64,000 bases of DNA. Source: an uncultured Gemmatimonadales bacterium (GTDB taxonomy: Bacteria; Gemmatimonadota; Gemmatimonadetes; Longimicrobiales; RSA9). Positions within the stretch are counted from its first letter, which is position 1. Each line of letters opens with the position of its first letter. Position numbers and translations under genes: made by a program. Location of the stretch: assembly GCA_963798845.1 (NCBI GenBank), contig CAWCUS010000001.1, forward strand, positions 416,001 to 480,000. The letters run 5' to 3'. The notes below the pieces were generated by a model. It saw only the letters and a program-made list of their open reading frames with translations. It was not told the DNA's origin and searched no databases. This document shows positions 63,095 through 64,000 of the stretch, piece by piece.

Positions 63095-64000
63095 ATGACG
63101 CAGCATTCGAGTCGGGCCGGTCACCCCGTTTTCCGCGCGGCGCGTTTCGGCCCGGTACTGGCCGCAGCGCTCTTCCTGGTCCCGACGGGAGCGCGGGCGC
63201 AGGGCGTCACGTACAGGGAAGTGAGCCGGACCGAGCTGAGCGGCACGGCGGGCAAGGTGCTGAAGGTGCTGAGCGGGGGGATGAAGTCCGAGCAGACCGT
63301 GAGCATCGGGGACGGGAAGATGCGCACCGACAGCGAGGGGTCCTCGACGATTCTGGACACGCAGGCGAAACGCTGGATCTTCCTGGACCACGAGAAGAAG
63401 CAGTACTACGCCATGTCGCTGGACGACATGATGGAGTCCATGTCGCAGATGGGGGCACAGATGAAGGAAGCGGCAGCCCAGCAGCCCGCGCAGGCGCAGC
63501 GGGGCACGGCGGCGGATTCTTCCGGCATCGAGTGGAGCTTCGATCTGGCCGTGGATCGCACGGGCCGCAAGGAGCAGGTCTCCGGCTACCCCGCCGAGGA
63601 GGTCCTGCTGACCCTCAAGATCCAGGGCAAGGGAACGGACCAGGAGACCGGCGACACCGCCAGCATGAACATGGTCCTCCTCAATGACCTCTGGATGAGC
63701 ACCGACGCCGCCCTCACCAGCGCCATGAAGGAGTTCGGCGCCGGGATGAGCGAGGCCGCCCGGGAGAGCGGGGCCTCGATGACGGCAGGAATGGAGGAGG
63801 CCTTCGGCCAGGACCCGCGGATCAAGGCCGGGATGGAGAAGGCTGCGAAGGAGGCCGCGAAGCTCGAGGGGATCCAGCTCAAGGGCACCACCTACGTCGT
63901 CCTCCTGCCTCCCGGCACGGAGTTCGATCGTCAGCTCGCCCTCGAGGGCCCCCGAAAGAAGGAGGGCAGCGGCGCTTCCGACGCCGCCAAGAAAGCGGTC
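63095..64000 (+). CDS. Secreted protein, DUF4412-like, 3'-truncated by window edge
   Basis: Not in the ORF track (no stop in window). GGAGG RBS, MTQHSS..ARA/QG signal peptide, KMRTDSEGSSTILD..WIFLDHEKKQYY, RTGRKEQVSGY. Confidence 0.7.
   Translation, partial: MTQHSSRAGHPVFRAARFGPVLAAALFLVPTGARAQGVTYREVSRTELSGTAGKVLKVLSGGMKSEQTVSIGDGKMRTDSEGSSTILDTQAKRWIFLDHEKKQYYAMSLDDMMESMSQMGAQMKEAAAQQPAQAQRGTAADSSGIEWSFDLAVDRTGRKEQVSGYPAEEVLLTLKIQGKGTDQETGDTASMNMVLLNDLWMSTDAALTSAMKEFGAGMSEAARESGASMTAGMEEAFGQDPRIKAGMEKAAKEAAKLEGIQLKGTTYVVLLPPGTEFDRQLALEGPRKKEGSGASDAAKKAV

Overview
High-GC (visibly about 70%, not computed) bacterial chromosomal segment. Gene content and order (PadR + ADOP permease, tamA/tamB, ruvB-queA-tgt-yajC-def-fmt-thiE-thiS-thiG, dnaE2) suggest Gemmatimonadota; this is an inference. 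It is mostly core genome, with about 57 CDS, many for DNA repair (uvrA, ruvC-ruvA and a displaced ruvB, LigC-type ligase, dnaE2, PA0069-type radical SAM), translation/tRNA modification (efp, tsaD, queA, tgt, def, fmt, yebC, rpsU, DEAD-box helicase) and the envelope. I found no rRNA, tRNA, CRISPR-Cas, transposase or integrase. The most unusual signals are non-coding. (1) Two intergenic arrays 37 kb apart (10765-10975 and 47667-47988) share one structural grammar despite different sequences: GC-GA-stem-GNA loop-stem-GA-GC, i.e. tandem sheared G.A pairs plus DNA-type extra-stable loops. A third, 37-bp array (47281-47537) ends in the same motif. (2) A candidate SOS-type operator, TTCGG-N6-TTCGG, occurs twice upstream of dnaE2 and once upstream of ruvB. 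(3) A possible PPPW-containing leader ORF precedes yebC. Other oddities are an internally deleted mini-ADOP permease, a ThiS ending GGG-R, and a CcoG-like/CtaG/YtkA-like cluster with a Met-rich tail. Two single-base frameshifts (dnaE2, radical SAM) look like homopolymer sequencing errors.
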